A stretch of 64,000 nt of DNA from Pelagomonas calceolata (lineage: Eukaryota), in NCBI GenBank assembly GCA_918797485.1, contig CAKKNE010000001.1, positions 4,650,001 to 4,714,000 on the forward strand, written 5' to 3'. A program made the translations under genes and the position numbers. This document shows, one piece after another, positions 1-11,047 of this stretch. Below the pieces are notes generated by a model that did not search any database, was not told where the DNA came from, and was given only the letters and a program-made list of their open reading frames with translations. Every line of letters begins with the position of its first letter. The stretch's first letter is position 1.

Positions 1-71
1 AGAGATCTCAATTGAGTCACAATTTGAGTGCTTTGGCCCTGGGAAGGCCCTGGGAAGCCAATACGCGCGAG

Positions 72-1361
72 ATGGTCCTGGACGAGCATGTTGTGGACGC
101 CGCGACGTTCGGTGACGTCAACCTGGTGTCGGCCTGGCTCCACAGCTTGGAGCGTCCAGGAGACATAAACGAGGTCGACGCCGACGGAACGACGGTCCTT
201 AATCTGTGTGCAAGAGGTTTTGACAATCATTATCTTGACGACGACAACGAGGCGGTGGAGAACGAGGTCGCCATCGTAAAAATGATTCTAGCGAAAGGAG
301 GAGCAAACGTGAACCTCGCGGATAAATACGGCTGGACACCGCTACATCATGCTTGCGATTCGAACCCCCTATTTGGCTTGGCTGTGATTCGTGCATTACT
401 CGCGGCGGGCGCCGACATCAACGCGAAGACATCAGGGGTTCGGAAAGAAGACTCCTTCGGGGTAGTCGCGGCCGTCCAGACGCCGCTCGCTACTGCTATT
501 GACTGGTTTCGGTGCGCCGCTGACGACACGGCCCCGGCTGGCTTCGATGCGGAATGCACGCGCACTGCGCTGGAATATGTCGCTCTACTTCTACGTCACG
601 GCGCGTCACTTGATGACTGCTGGGCCGGCGCGCCGGTGGAGAATTTGCTGCGCCACGTCGAGGACCGGACGACGCCGGCCATGGAGATGTGGTTCGGTAA
701 TGATAAGTGGGCTGCCAGCACCCCGCAGGACTTGTCCCAAAACGAACATTTCCTCGCGTGTAAGGCTCTTGTTAAGAAGGCGCGCAGCGAACCGCGCAAG
801 ACGGTCCTCACGCTCCGGGCCCTCGCGATCAAAGGCCGGGCCAAGACGACCGACCCTGTTATGAAATTTCTCGTCGGCATTCCCGACGGCGTTACCGGAA
901 ACGTCCTCTCATTCTGGCCCCCGGCAACGCGATATATCGCGGCGCGACGGCCGGGCACGAGCCAGCTGCCGTATCGGCCGAAGCGCGAAGTTGAGGTGGT
1001 GAAGGCCCCAACGTGTTACGTCTGCGGCCGTAGCAATCGTCCCAATGGTTGTCCGGGCTGCTTTGGTGCCAGGCCTGGGTTCGACAGGCACACGGAGAAT
1101 GTCCACCACGCCATCAGTATGAGCCCGGCCTACAGCGGCAAGTCGTTCGAGGAGCTGCGGCTCGAGGACTACGAGCTGGGGCGGGACGCCGGGAAGTGGT
1201 GGATCGGGGGGACGTTGCAGATCAACAACGATAGGGATATGGCCGCCGCGCTAGACGCGCTCCAGCTCGGTCTCCCATCCGACAGCAACTTGATCTGTCG
1301 ATTCGAAGAGCCCACATACGGCTCCCCCAGACTAGACAATGAAGGAAACATAATCACGTAG
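72..1361 (+). CDS. Ankyrin-repeat protein with C-terminal Cys-rich motif and Nup98-like GLEBS motif
   Basis: Ankyrin repeats (GANVNLADKYGWTPLHHAC; LLAAGADINA), then CYVC..CPGC and HHAISMSPAYSGKSFEELRLEDY. First ATG at 72. Confidence 0.8.
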   Translation: MVLDEHVVDAATFGDVNLVSAWLHSLERPGDINEVDADGTTVLNLCARGFDNHYLDDDNEAVENEVAIVKMILAKGGANVNLADKYGWTPLHHACDSNPLFGLAVIRALLAAGADINAKTSGVRKEDSFGVVAAVQTPLATAIDWFRCAADDTAPAGFDAECTRTALEYVALLLRHGASLDDCWAGAPVENLLRHVEDRTTPAMEMWFGNDKWAASTPQDLSQNEHFLACKALVKKARSEPRKTVLTLRALAIKGRAKTTDPVMKFLVGIPDGVTGNVLSFWPPATRYIAARRPGTSQLPYRPKREVEVVKAPTCYVCGRSNRPNGCPGCFGARPGFDRHTENVHHAISMSPAYSGKSFEELRLEDYELGRDAGKWWIGGTLQINNDRDMAAALDALQLGLPSDSNLICRFEEPTYGSPRLDNEGNIIT

Positions 1362-1395
1362 TAACACTTAAGAACTTATGGTCAATATCACGAAA

Positions 1396-4300
1396 TCACT
1401 CCCCGACGATCGCCCGCGTCGGCTCCTCTTGTAACAAGCGCGCCACGACGTCGATCGCCGACGTCGTGTGGTCGCTCAGGCCCGACGACGCCGGCGGCCG
1501 TTCAAATAACTCGGCGAGCGTCGCGTTCAGCTCCCGTCTTAATTCCCTCAGTAAAACCGCGGTCCGCGCCGGCGTCTTCACGAGGCGGATCCAGCGCGCG
1601 ATCGTGACCTCTCGTTTCGCGTGGGCCACGTCGACGTCGCCCGGGTACATCAGCAACAGTGCGAAGGGCGTCGCCACGGCGCAGCCTCCCAGCAACAACC
1701 GCCCGCGGCCCGCCTCCCATCTCCTCGAGAAAAAGGCCACGTGGCACGCCTTCTCATCCAGATCGGAAGCTGCTAACATCGACGACTGGGCCAGTCGAGC
1801 TCGATCGAAGCGCACGGCCGGTCTTATACGTTGCGTGGACGTGTCTTCGCCGGAGGCTTTTGCTGAAGCTATCTTCGGTACACTTAACTCCGTATGCGAG
1901 GCATTCAGCGAACCTTTCGAGCCGTTCTGCGCCACAGCGTCGACGCGCGCGACATGGGGAGCTAGAGCACCCACTAACACCGCAGCAATGACATTTGCGT
2001 TCGCAGCATGTCTGTTCGCGTGAGATCTAGCTTCGTCCGCCGTGCCCCGTGCTAGTAGACCAGCTCTCTCAAGTACAAGGACAAAATGGTCCCGCGCATC
2101 CAGTGCATCTCTCAACGCCGGCTCGTGCAATCCTAGCTTCTTCGCTAACAACTGCCGCGCGCCGCCTCTAGCTTCCCTCCACGCATCTAACGCCCTCCCA
2201 CAGGCCACCAAGTCCGCCCGCGGCGGGCAGAGCTTCTTCCGCTCTTCGCGTTGCCCCCGGCCCGGATCCGGCGCCCAGACGGCGTCCGGCCGGCCACCCG
2301 AACCGACGGCCGCCGCTACTGATAAAACGGGTCCGACGCAGCCCAACAACGTCCCATAGACCAGGATCTTTCCTAGTCTAGGATGCACCGGTAGTCTAGC
2401 GAGATGCCGTCCTAGTGGAGACAGTAGTAACTTTTCATCCGAACCGGCATGCAACGACTGTTCAATGGCGCCCCACGACTGCTCCTCTTCGTCGACCAAG
2501 ACTAAAGCACCCACACTCACAAGCTCCGAGAGTGCCGCCGACAAGGCATGGAGAGGCGGCGGCTGGGCGCAGTCCCGCAGCCACTCTGCCGCTGAAGCGA
2601 AGAACTCGGAATCCTTAGACCTTTTCGCATCGTCGCAGGTGGCTTTGGTGGATAGTATCAACTCTTCTAACGGTACCCTTTGTAATTCCGGTTCCTGGTG
2701 GTCCGGCAGTCGTTGTTCAAAGTGGTCCTGCGTATATAACCGGACACATACGCCAGGCCGAACTCTACCAGCCCGACCAGCTCGTTGCCGAGCCGAAGCC
2801 CGAGAACACCAGGCCGTTTCCAGCGTCGGACAAGCAGAAAACAACTTCTCGGAGCCGTGGCGATGGTGCCTCACTTCCTTGACGCGGCCGCAGTCGACGA
2901 CACAGGTTACGTCAGGTATGGTAACACTGCTCTCAGCCACATTTGTGGCCAGTACAATTTTACGAGCATACCCATGAGGTACTGGGGCGAAGGCCGCCCG
3001 CTGATCTTCTCGCGGGGCGTTCGCATGTAGTACCACACATAAACAATGAGATAAGCGACGAGACGCCATCACGCGATCTGCCAAACGCCGGATCTCGCCC
3101 ACACCCGGCAGGAAGACCAGAACGGCGCCATCATCGACCTCCTCTTCCGTATCTTCCCAGCTCTCGGCCACCTCATTCGTAGCAGAGGGAAAGCAGCCCT
3201 CCACCACGGCCTCGATGGCTGCAATCACCAGGTCGTAGTCGAGCTTATGTATATTCCAGCCGTTCTCCTCCTCTTCCGCTTTGTAGCGGTTGACGGCTCG
3301 CTCCACCAACTGGTCCGCATCACTTTTATCCGATTGCCTTACAGTCCTTACGGACTCGGTGCCCTCGTTCCGCCTACCTACTTCGCGATCGTTACCGCCA
3401 CAGGCCGCAGCCACATACCCCGTCGCCGCCACGACATCTTCCAAAAAGTAATTTTGCACGGGATGGGCCCTACCGGATATAGTAACTAACGGCGTCGTCT
3501 GCGCCTTCTCTGAACCTCGCAACGCGGCATCTAGGTACTTCTGGAAGAGCTGCGCATCTAACGTAGCCGACATTAACACGAGGGAGAGTTTTCTAGCTTT
3601 TTCCCGTCTATGTTGTGCTGCCACCGTCCTTCTTAGAGCCGCTAATAACAGATCACTGTCTGCTGCTCTCTCGTGTACCTCATCAAGGACTATATGCGTC
3701 GCATTTCTTACGAAGTCCGCGCCGTCGTCTCCATCGCTGTGGGTTGACGTGGCGCCTCGCAAACATCTCAACAACACTCCAGCCGTGCAAAATAAGATCT
3801 TCGTCCGAGACGAACAGCGGCGCTCGTGCCTTATATGATATCCGACAAGACCACCAATCTCGTCCTCGCCGCACTCCTGGGCGACTCTCGTCGCGACGGA
3901 CGTCGCCGCTACTCGTCGAGGTTGCGTCACGACAATCCTGATGCGCGCCGCCCGTTCCCCACCAGCACAAAGAGCAGCATCCAACAAGTAATGAGGTAAT
4001 TGCGTCGTCTTCCCCGACCCGGTCTCGCCACATACCACCACACGATCCCGGTGGCAGTCCCGCGTCGCATCGCCCGCGAGTTGCACGAAGGACTCCCGCG
4101 CATTATTTGCTGGTAACGAGGCTCGTTGATCCCTCATGGCAGCGTACTCTGGAGAAGCCTTCCTATCCAACCACCACGTCCGTAGCTCGTCGCCTCGTGA
4201 TCTTAACTCCTCGATATCCTCCACTACTTCTTCCACGATAGGCGACGTGGGCTCCTTGTCAGCGTCCCACGCGTCGTCGTCATCACTCTCCAGTAAATCC

Positions 4301-6003
4301 TCCCACGACTCCTGGGGCTCCTCTGTTTCTACTTTCTTTGCTGGAACCTTCTCCCTCTTTTCCAGCTCTTGCTCTTCAGCAGCATCCGCGGCTTCGTCGT
4401 CCGCCGCCGCCGCGTGGAGTAACACTCTCCTCACCACATCAGCGATGATCTTGTCCGACCGGCGCTGCTTCTCCACGGCGCTCAGTGACGCCTCGGCCTC
4501 CTTCTCGGCCTTGATCTTGTCCAGTTTCGCCGTCCACCACTGCTTGAAGGGTGGTGGTAAGACCCTATACAAAGGTAAATCCGGCGCGAGAGCATACAGC
4601 GCCATGCACGCCGCCAGATCGTGCGGCGCCTTCGACGGACCTCCACTACAAGCTCGCGACTTCGCCCAGGGCCGCAGCATCGGGTCTTCGGCGTCTGCTA
4701 TGAGGTTGACGGTCGGTTGTGTACCAGGTGGTGGTTTACTACCTTTGTTGGCTCGAGCGGTCTTTCGCTGGACTCGTTCTCGAGACAGAGCCCACACTCT
4801 GCATCGTACCGTAGTTCTAGATGCAACTTCGTAGGACGGCTTGGGATTGCCGCGTTCGCGACACCACTGCTCCAATTTCTCGCGAGGCGTCGCGCCGGAC
4901 CACACGACGGCCGGCGGCGACGGCGGTCGCGCCACGGTCTCCTTGGGCTCGACTTTCTCCACAACTGCCGCCTCTGCTTCGGCGAACATGGCGCCGACGC
5001 CCTCGTCCTCCTCGGTAACCGTCGTAGACACCTGCGACACGTGGCTGCCCATGGACGCCGCCGAGCCGGATCTCGATCTAGACACGTTTCTGTTGGCCGC
5101 GACGCACCCGAGACACCGTCTTGACGACGACGAGGCCTTCCATTGGGCCTTCGAGTAGTTTCCTCTCGGTTTGTCCGTGCCGCAGGCAGCACAGGGCTTG
5201 GGCTCCTCGAGTTTTTTGGGCCGCTCCGGGAGTTTTCGTAGCTCATCATTCGCTCTTTTGATGTCCTCGCCGACAGAATTCATCTCGTCGTACGCGCGAG
5301 CTTTTTTGAGCGCGCCGTGCTTCTGCCTCAAATCTCGTAGCGTCGCTTCTAATTTGTCGCGCTTCTGGTCGTCGGGCAACGCGTCGAACTCCCTTTGGCG
5401 CTGCTCTTCTTCCTTAGCTTTGATTTCCGCAGCTTTGGCCTCGGCCTCCTGTCTCAATACGGCTTGCAAGGCGTACTGCTTCAGGGCTTCCTCGTCGGAA
5501 TCTTTCCGTCGAGGAGCTCTCTCAGCCTCAGGTGGAGGCGCGTCGGGCACTTGTATCGGTGGTGGCTTGGGCGGCTCCTCCTTCAGACCCATGAGGCCCA
5601 ATAAACTAGGTGGCTCCTCCTTCTCCGGTTCCGGGGCACCTCGCGAAATGACCTCCAAAGAGCCTTGCGACGCATTTCTTTTCACTCGATCTTCTTCCAC
5701 TTCATCCTCCCGAAACGTTTTTGGGAGCTCGTCGTACGATAGCCGCAGGCACAGCCAATCTAGCGCGGCTCTGCTGGTCGTATTGCGCGCGCCTCTCCTT
5801 GCTGCTACTGCAGCTAACGCTCTAGCGGCGTTGTCCTCGTCGAAGCCCGCGGCGGTCACGCCCGCGAACGCGCCGGCCAGAGCGGCTCCAGCCTCCTTGT
5901 CGTTTGCGGTTTCTCTTGTTAAACGACTGGCGGCGTTGCCGAAGGGGCAGCCCTCCTCGAGGTTTAATACATCACCGATGGCGTCGTGCGCCGCGCGCGA
6001 CAT
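1396..6003 (-). CDS. DEAH-box RNA helicase, DHX29/DHX57-like
   Basis: 1535-aa intronless ORF with GETGSGKTT, DEVH, MSAT, ATNVAESSVTIPDV, QRAGRAGR and HA2 region. N-terminal ALDWLCL motif and a C4 zinc finger (CAAC...CLGC). Confidence 0.93.
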   Translation of the reverse strand: MSRAAHDAIGDVLNLEEGCPFGNAASRLTRETANDKEAGAALAGAFAGVTAAGFDEDNAARALAAVAARRGARNTTSRAALDWLCLRLSYDELPKTFREDEVEEDRVKRNASQGSLEVISRGAPEPEKEEPPSLLGLMGLKEEPPKPPPIQVPDAPPPEAERAPRRKDSDEEALKQYALQAVLRQEAEAKAAEIKAKEEEQRQREFDALPDDQKRDKLEATLRDLRQKHGALKKARAYDEMNSVGEDIKRANDELRKLPERPKKLEEPKPCAACGTDKPRGNYSKAQWKASSSSRRCLGCVAANRNVSRSRSGSAASMGSHVSQVSTTVTEEDEGVGAMFAEAEAAVVEKVEPKETVARPPSPPAVVWSGATPREKLEQWCRERGNPKPSYEVASRTTVRCRVWALSRERVQRKTARANKGSKPPPGTQPTVNLIADAEDPMLRPWAKSRACSGGPSKAPHDLAACMALYALAPDLPLYRVLPPPFKQWWTAKLDKIKAEKEAEASLSAVEKQRRSDKIIADVVRRVLLHAAAADDEAADAAEEQELEKREKVPAKKVETEEPQESWEDLLESDDDDAWDADKEPTSPIVEEVVEDIEELRSRGDELRTWWLDRKASPEYAAMRDQRASLPANNARESFVQLAGDATRDCHRDRVVVCGETGSGKTTQLPHYLLDAALCAGGERAARIRIVVTQPRRVAATSVATRVAQECGEDEIGGLVGYHIRHERRCSSRTKILFCTAGVLLRCLRGATSTHSDGDDGADFVRNATHIVLDEVHERAADSDLLLAALRRTVAAQHRREKARKLSLVLMSATLDAQLFQKYLDAALRGSEKAQTTPLVTISGRAHPVQNYFLEDVVAATGYVAAACGGNDREVGRRNEGTESVRTVRQSDKSDADQLVERAVNRYKAEEEENGWNIHKLDYDLVIAAIEAVVEGCFPSATNEVAESWEDTEEEVDDGAVLVFLPGVGEIRRLADRVMASRRLSHCLCVVLHANAPREDQRAAFAPVPHGYARKIVLATNVAESSVTIPDVTCVVDCGRVKEVRHHRHGSEKLFSACPTLETAWCSRASARQRAGRAGRVRPGVCVRLYTQDHFEQRLPDHQEPELQRVPLEELILSTKATCDDAKRSKDSEFFASAAEWLRDCAQPPPLHALSAALSELVSVGALVLVDEEEQSWGAIEQSLHAGSDEKLLLSPLGRHLARLPVHPRLGKILVYGTLLGCVGPVLSVAAAVGSGGRPDAVWAPDPGRGQREERKKLCPPRADLVACGRALDAWREARGGARQLLAKKLGLHEPALRDALDARDHFVLVLERAGLLARGTADEARSHANRHAANANVIAAVLVGALAPHVARVDAVAQNGSKGSLNASHTELSVPKIASAKASGEDTSTQRIRPAVRFDRARLAQSSMLAASDLDEKACHVAFFSRRWEAGRGRLLLGGCAVATPFALLLMYPGDVDVAHAKREVTIARWIRLVKTPARTAVLLRELRRELNATLAELFERPPASSGLSDHTTSAIDVVARLLQEEPTRAIVGE

Positions 6004-6675
6004 GTTATTGCTTTGCGAGCGCTCAGTATCGACGCGTTTGCTTTCTTATCGATGCGTTTCTCGGGTTTCTTGCACAGACGCGCGGCCGCGCCGCCGCCGC
6101 TTGGCTTTTCGACCGGCGCTCAGCCCGCTATACCCTTGATTGCCGAGGAGAAGCTTGTAGCTGCACTTTTGCACCCTGCGCTGCTACGCGGGCTATGAGG
6201 CAAAATTTGATTGCTTGTTGGCTCGGCCAGTAAGAAAACAATTGCTACGTGATCTATACGCCGTCAGGGTCTTTTACACGGTACGCAGTGCCTTTTTTTC
6301 ACGTAGTTTCAGCCTTTGCTTGCTTGCTGGCTAGTGGCTCTACCGCTGGCTGCGCATCCAGCGCTCCCGTAGTGGACGTGACGAGTCTGCCGCGCTGAGA
6401 GCACTAATCCGCGGAAGCCGGGGGTCCGCAGCGCCTTTCAGGTTTTTGGTAGGCAGGTTGGCATCCACAAAAGGCTGCCCTCTACGCCGCGCACACCTCG
6501 GGCCAGGACGGTAGACGCCAGTAGACGCTACCCCGGGACCGGACCAGTGCCGCCGCTAGACGCAGCACCCCTGGGAACGCCGGCCGAGGCTGCCCCAGAC
6601 CAGTGTGCCACCAGACCCTGCGCCGGCGGACGCGCCGCCGCCCGCGCGCCACGCCCGCGCGCCATCGAAACCAAG

Positions 6676-7293
6676 ATGCCGCTACGCTCACCCAAACCCA
6701 GCATTAGAGAAATGAAAAAGGCCATCATAGACGCCGGCCTGGAGACCGAGGACCTCGTGGAGCGGTCGCATGTGGAGGAGCGCTACGAGGAGGCGCTCGC
6801 ATTGCAGCCCCGCGAGGTCGATGAATCGTCGAGCAAGGCCAAGGGCATGGCCCAGGCCGCAGCACTCCAGAAAAAGGCGTCCGAACCTCCGAAGGCGCGC
6901 CCGCCCGCGCCGAACGAGAGCGGCTGGTGGCGCATGGAGGACCTGTCCAAGGCCTTCAAGAAGTACTCCGAGGACCCCAGCGCGCCCGAGGCCAACTACT
7001 TCATGGGCAAGGCCCTGCAGATGGCGGGCCAGGCGGACCAGGCCGACGAGCAGTATTCGCTATTCTACGACCGGTGCGTCGCGATCCACCAAAACAGAGA
7101 CAAGGCCCTCAAGTTCTACGAGCAAAAGATCCACATCCTCAAGAAGAAGCAGGCCAAGACTCTGCTGCGGGGCGCGGAGCCGTCCGTCGAGGACGCGAAA
7201 AAGTTGGAGGACTACGAGATGATGGCCGCCTGCCTTCCAAGGGTCGAGGCGGAGCGGGCGAAGCGGCGGAAGAAGACGTGCGTGGTCTGCTAG
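6676..7293 (+). CDS. Hypothetical protein with SAP/ARMET_C-like N-terminus, TPR-like helix and C-terminal prenylation-like motif
   Basis: SIREMKKAIIDAGLETEDLVERSHV at the N-terminus; ends RRKKTCVVC*; strong GC3 codon bias. Confidence 0.7.
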   Translation: MPLRSPKPSIREMKKAIIDAGLETEDLVERSHVEERYEEALALQPREVDESSSKAKGMAQAAALQKKASEPPKARPPAPNESGWWRMEDLSKAFKKYSEDPSAPEANYFMGKALQMAGQADQADEQYSLFYDRCVAIHQNRDKALKFYEQKIHILKKKQAKTLLRGAEPSVEDAKKLEDYEMMAACLPRVEAERAKRRKKTCVVC

Positions 7294-7629
7294 TCTTGTA
7301 ATCTTGTGTTCGGTCGTAGTTCGTAGTGCGCGTTCCCGGCGACTTCCCGCGTCGCTAGAGCTCCTCGCTAGAACCCGTCTCAGATACACTAGGGAAGCTT
7401 GTTCGGGCCTTCGAGGAGCCTTCTGACGCCTCGGCTCATCCTCGCCCGATGCGGCTTCGAGGCCTGCTTCGAGACTGTGCTGAGAGCCATTGCAAAACTC
7501 AATCCACAGATCATTGCTCACTCAACGACTGGGTAGAGAACAACGTCCACGCGCACGAACTAGTCCATAACGACGATATTCACAAGCGTATAGCTCGCTC
7601 GACAAAAGTTACAGCCACAAGCACTGAAA

Positions 7630-9123
7630 ATGCAAGACCTCGAGAGCCACGAGACCAGCGGTCTCCTCAACAAACAGTCCTCTACAAGCCAGACGCAACC
7701 CCAGAGACGCGCCGTGGCGCTCACGATCGTCGTCGCGTTGGTCGCGACCACCGCGCTCGTCAACCTCGTGCCGAGCGGCCGCGGCGGCGGCCTCCGCGCG
7801 ACGCGCCTCGAGGTCGGCGCCGCGGCCGCGGACGACGACGCAGCGTCGGTCGCAACCGGCTCCGCAGCAGCCGTCACCGACAGCACGGTCAAGGCGGGCT
7901 CAGCGCCCGCGGCGGGCGCCTCGCTCCAAGATAAGTTCGCCGCGGCGTTCCAGAGCATCCTCGACGAAGAGGCGACGGCGTGGGATTGCGCGTTCTCTGT
8001 CGCCGTCAAGACAGAGGGCGAGAGCGCCGCGCTCACGGCCGGCGTCATCGACAAGGCGACTGGAGCGACGGGGAAGCCGTCCGACGTCTGGGCGTGGGGC
8101 TCGGTGACGAAGCCGCTGACGGGCGCTCAGGTGTTGCACCTCGCGGACGAGGGCAAGTTTGACCTCGACGACGCGGCGGCGCCGATCATCGATGAGTACA
8201 TTCAAAACATCGCACAGCAGCAGGGCGACGCCTGGAACTTTACGTGGACGTCCCTCGAGGAGCTTTTCCAGAACGCGTCCGTGAACGATATCACGATTCG
8301 GCAGCTCCTGGCGATGCAAGCTCCTATCCCCGACTTCGACACCGGCGGTCTCCGCGACTATCTAGCTTCAGGAAAATCTGGGACCGCCTGGCAGGTTCTG
8401 GACAGCGTCAAGGACGCGTACCCGCTCACGCCGCTCCAGTACAGCTCGACAAACTTCGTGCTGCTAGGCATGATCGTCGCGCACTTCGCGGACGGGCTTC
8501 CTCTGGAAGAGACGGACCAGGCGTATTACCTACCCTCGCATCTCAAAAGCCAGCTCCACTTCGGACAAAACGGCCAGACGGCGTCGGAGTGGACGGACGT
8601 CAAGTTCTACGACCGCACTGCGGGCAAAGCGGGCGAGGTCCGACACGACGAGTGGTCCGAGAAACCTGGCATCTTCATCGGTTGGGGCGCGTCAGACCTC
8701 GCGGCAAGCGTGCCTGTGGTCGCCGAGCTCTTCTACGAGATCTACGGCGCGCAGACCGTTACGAAGCAAGTCGATGAGATGTTAAAGTTCCACCACGACC
8801 CAGTTTGGGGCTACGAGTACGGCCTCGCGACGATGAGCGCCGGGGTACCGGGTATACCTATGTACGGCCACGGCGGAGACACGTACGGCGCTGAATCGCA
8901 GGCTCATTACAGCCCAGTGCTCAAGGCGTCGGTCGTCGTCGCATCGAACGTGGAGATTCCTCACGAGTCTCAGACCAAGTACGTTAACTGCATGGCATGG
9001 GCGGCGCTCGTGAAAACCATGACCCCGCTGGCGCATTCGATCCGCGAGAGTTGCAATGACATTGGGAATACCGTCCCGAGGGATCTCTACCGCGACCAGA
9101 ACCTGCGCAAGGCCTCCAACTAG
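7630..9123 (+). CDS. Beta-lactamase-family serine hydrolase with N-terminal membrane anchor
   Basis: SxxK (WGSVTK), YSSTNF and HGG motifs; N-terminal hydrophobic helix. Confidence 0.85.
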   Translation: MQDLESHETSGLLNKQSSTSQTQPQRRAVALTIVVALVATTALVNLVPSGRGGGLRATRLEVGAAAADDDAASVATGSAAAVTDSTVKAGSAPAAGASLQDKFAAAFQSILDEEATAWDCAFSVAVKTEGESAALTAGVIDKATGATGKPSDVWAWGSVTKPLTGAQVLHLADEGKFDLDDAAAPIIDEYIQNIAQQQGDAWNFTWTSLEELFQNASVNDITIRQLLAMQAPIPDFDTGGLRDYLASGKSGTAWQVLDSVKDAYPLTPLQYSSTNFVLLGMIVAHFADGLPLEETDQAYYLPSHLKSQLHFGQNGQTASEWTDVKFYDRTAGKAGEVRHDEWSEKPGIFIGWGASDLAASVPVVAELFYEIYGAQTVTKQVDEMLKFHHDPVWGYEYGLATMSAGVPGIPMYGHGGDTYGAESQAHYSPVLKASVVVASNVEIPHESQTKYVNCMAWAALVKTMTPLAHSIRESCNDIGNTVPRDLYRDQNLRKASN

Positions 9124-9208
9124 CGGCCACCACAAAGCGGTATAGGAGCTGGAAAGTCTCCACGAGCTCGGGATAAAACTCGACGAGCGCCGCAAAATAA
9201 GAGTAAGA

Positions 9209-10693
9209 TTACATATACCGCACGCCGCCGCGCCCCGTCCTGGTTGTAACAGGCGCGTCGTAGCGCGCCGTCGACGCCGCCGCGCGTGCCCGCGCGCGGC
9301 CCACGAGCCGCTTCCTACATGCAAAGTCGAACTTCTCGTCCGTCGCGCCGAGCCACGCGCCGCACAGTCTTCTGATAGAGGGCACGTGGTAGACGTGGTT
9401 CGGTGAATAGAACTCGGGCGCGATCCGCTCCAACTCGGGGAGGCGCACCCAGGGCACCCAGGGGAAGTCGTGGTGCTCCAAATGTCTCAATTCTTGGAAC
9501 GTGAGCCAGTGCCAGAGCTTCGAGCCGCAGTAGCTGAGCGTGGGTTGCAATCTTCCTAAAGACGGCGTGTTCGTTCTACCTACTAACGGTTTTGAGAGTG
9601 CCGGCTTTATCCTCGACTCGTTGTCCAAGTCGGTAGCACAAGCGTGCTGCATGAGCCAGAAGCCGATGCACGGGTGGCAGAGGAAGCCCACACTGAACGC
9701 CGATGATAACGCTAAGTACAAGACGACCTCGAAGCCATGATTTGAGTACGAGGTGAGTGTCCTCATTACCAAATAAGAAGCGAAGGACTCGGACAGCCAA
9801 AACAACGTCTCGCGCCAGTTCGCCGCCCAGTCTCGCACCAGACATCTCAATAAAGCGTAGGCGTAGGCGATGGGTAATAATAAAGCTACGGTCGACGCCC
9901 ACAATATCCCACCTACGATTGAATCGAGCCACAGCCACTTGGGCGACGGCGTCGGTTTCTTGATGCCGTATATATCGGCCTCGTGGACGGGCTGCCTTTC
10001 CCACAACCAGAACAGCGCGTCGGCGTCGGCATCTCTAGGCGTGCCCACGTGCAGGTGGTGTCTTTCATGTCCTCCCGCGAAGTAGTAGCTGAACCAGGGG
10101 AACGTCGTCGTCGCCGAAGCGAGCAAAGCACAAGGCGCCGCGAGGGACGTCCTTCGATCGTGACTGAGCTCGTGGTTCAGGGCCTGGGACCCGAAGGCCG
10201 CCGTCGCTCCGATCGTCGCGGCATACACGAAGGCCGATGACATAGAATGAACCAAGAAGAGTGCCACGAACGCTTGGAGCAAGACCAACCCAACACAAGC
10301 AATGAACGAGGCCCAGGACGGCTTGAATAACTCGGCAATCTCGGGATGTTTTTCCAAAATAGCTTTCCTCCGCCGCGCGTGCCACTCGGCGACCGAAGGC
10401 CTTCTAACTTCTGTCTCCACCGTCACAGCCTTCTGCGCCGTCGCCTCGAACGCTGATAAAGCGGCGTCGCGCTTCCGCGTCGCATTTACCAAAGCGGGGT
10501 CGTCATTTTCCTTGTCCATTTCCGCGACGTCATCATCAAGAGCCCTTAGCAAATGGCCCGCCGCGAGGGCCCTTCCGGCGAGGAACCGCGCCTCGGGCGC
10601 GCACCAGTGCTGTCTTCTTGTGAGTTCGAGGACCTCGGCCGCCGGCTCATTGTTATCGACGGCGTGTCTGAGTTCCTCGAGGTCGACGCCCAT
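9209..10693 (-). CDS. Sphingolipid delta-4 desaturase-like fatty acid desaturase
   Basis: HARRRKAILEKHPEI N-terminal motif; His boxes HELSH, HERHH, HLEHH; DFPWVPWVRLP and APEFY. Confidence 0.88.
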   Translation of the reverse strand: MGVDLEELRHAVDNNEPAAEVLELTRRQHWCAPEARFLAGRALAAGHLLRALDDDVAEMDKENDDPALVNATRKRDAALSAFEATAQKAVTVETEVRRPSVAEWHARRRKAILEKHPEIAELFKPSWASFIACVGLVLLQAFVALFLVHSMSSAFVYAATIGATAAFGSQALNHELSHDRRTSLAAPCALLASATTTFPWFSYYFAGGHERHHLHVGTPRDADADALFWLWERQPVHEADIYGIKKPTPSPKWLWLDSIVGGILWASTVALLLPIAYAYALLRCLVRDWAANWRETLFWLSESFASYLVMRTLTSYSNHGFEVVLYLALSSAFSVGFLCHPCIGFWLMQHACATDLDNESRIKPALSKPLVGRTNTPSLGRLQPTLSYCGSKLWHWLTFQELRHLEHHDFPWVPWVRLPELERIAPEFYSPNHVYHVPSIRRLCGAWLGATDEKFDFACRKRLVGRARARAAASTARYDAPVTTRTGRGGVRYM

Positions 10694-11047
10694 GCTTCTT
10701 TACGGGACCGCTGGAGCGACGGCGCGTCTTTTTACGGCGCGTCTACGAGGTATAGCGCCGCGCCGACGCCTGCCGCTTGTGCCTTCTTTGCGCACCGCGG
10801 CGTCTGCGGCGGCAGAGGCGGCTTCTGCGGCGCTGCTTTCGACGCTACCCGACGCTACGGTCTGAAAGCTATGTGAACGCCGATTGGTGCGTGCTGATGT
10901 ACACTAGCGGCCGCGTTTAACGCCACTGCTGTGCTCGGAGCTAGCGTATCGACACACTAGGATTCATCCAAACTCTGCAGCGCTGGGTCTGAAGGCAGCC
11001 CGGAGGCAGCCTCGGAAGCCAGAACAAGTCGAAAGGCACCTATAGCC

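Noticed and set aside
1466..6139. Many long overlapping or antisense ORFs here and across the window
   Set aside because: Shadow ORFs expected from high GC and codon bias opposite real genes.
7630..9123. Beta-lactamase as a resistance gene or recent bacterial transfer
   Set aside because: Serine hydrolases of this fold are common in eukaryotes; codon use and N-terminal anchor fit the host.
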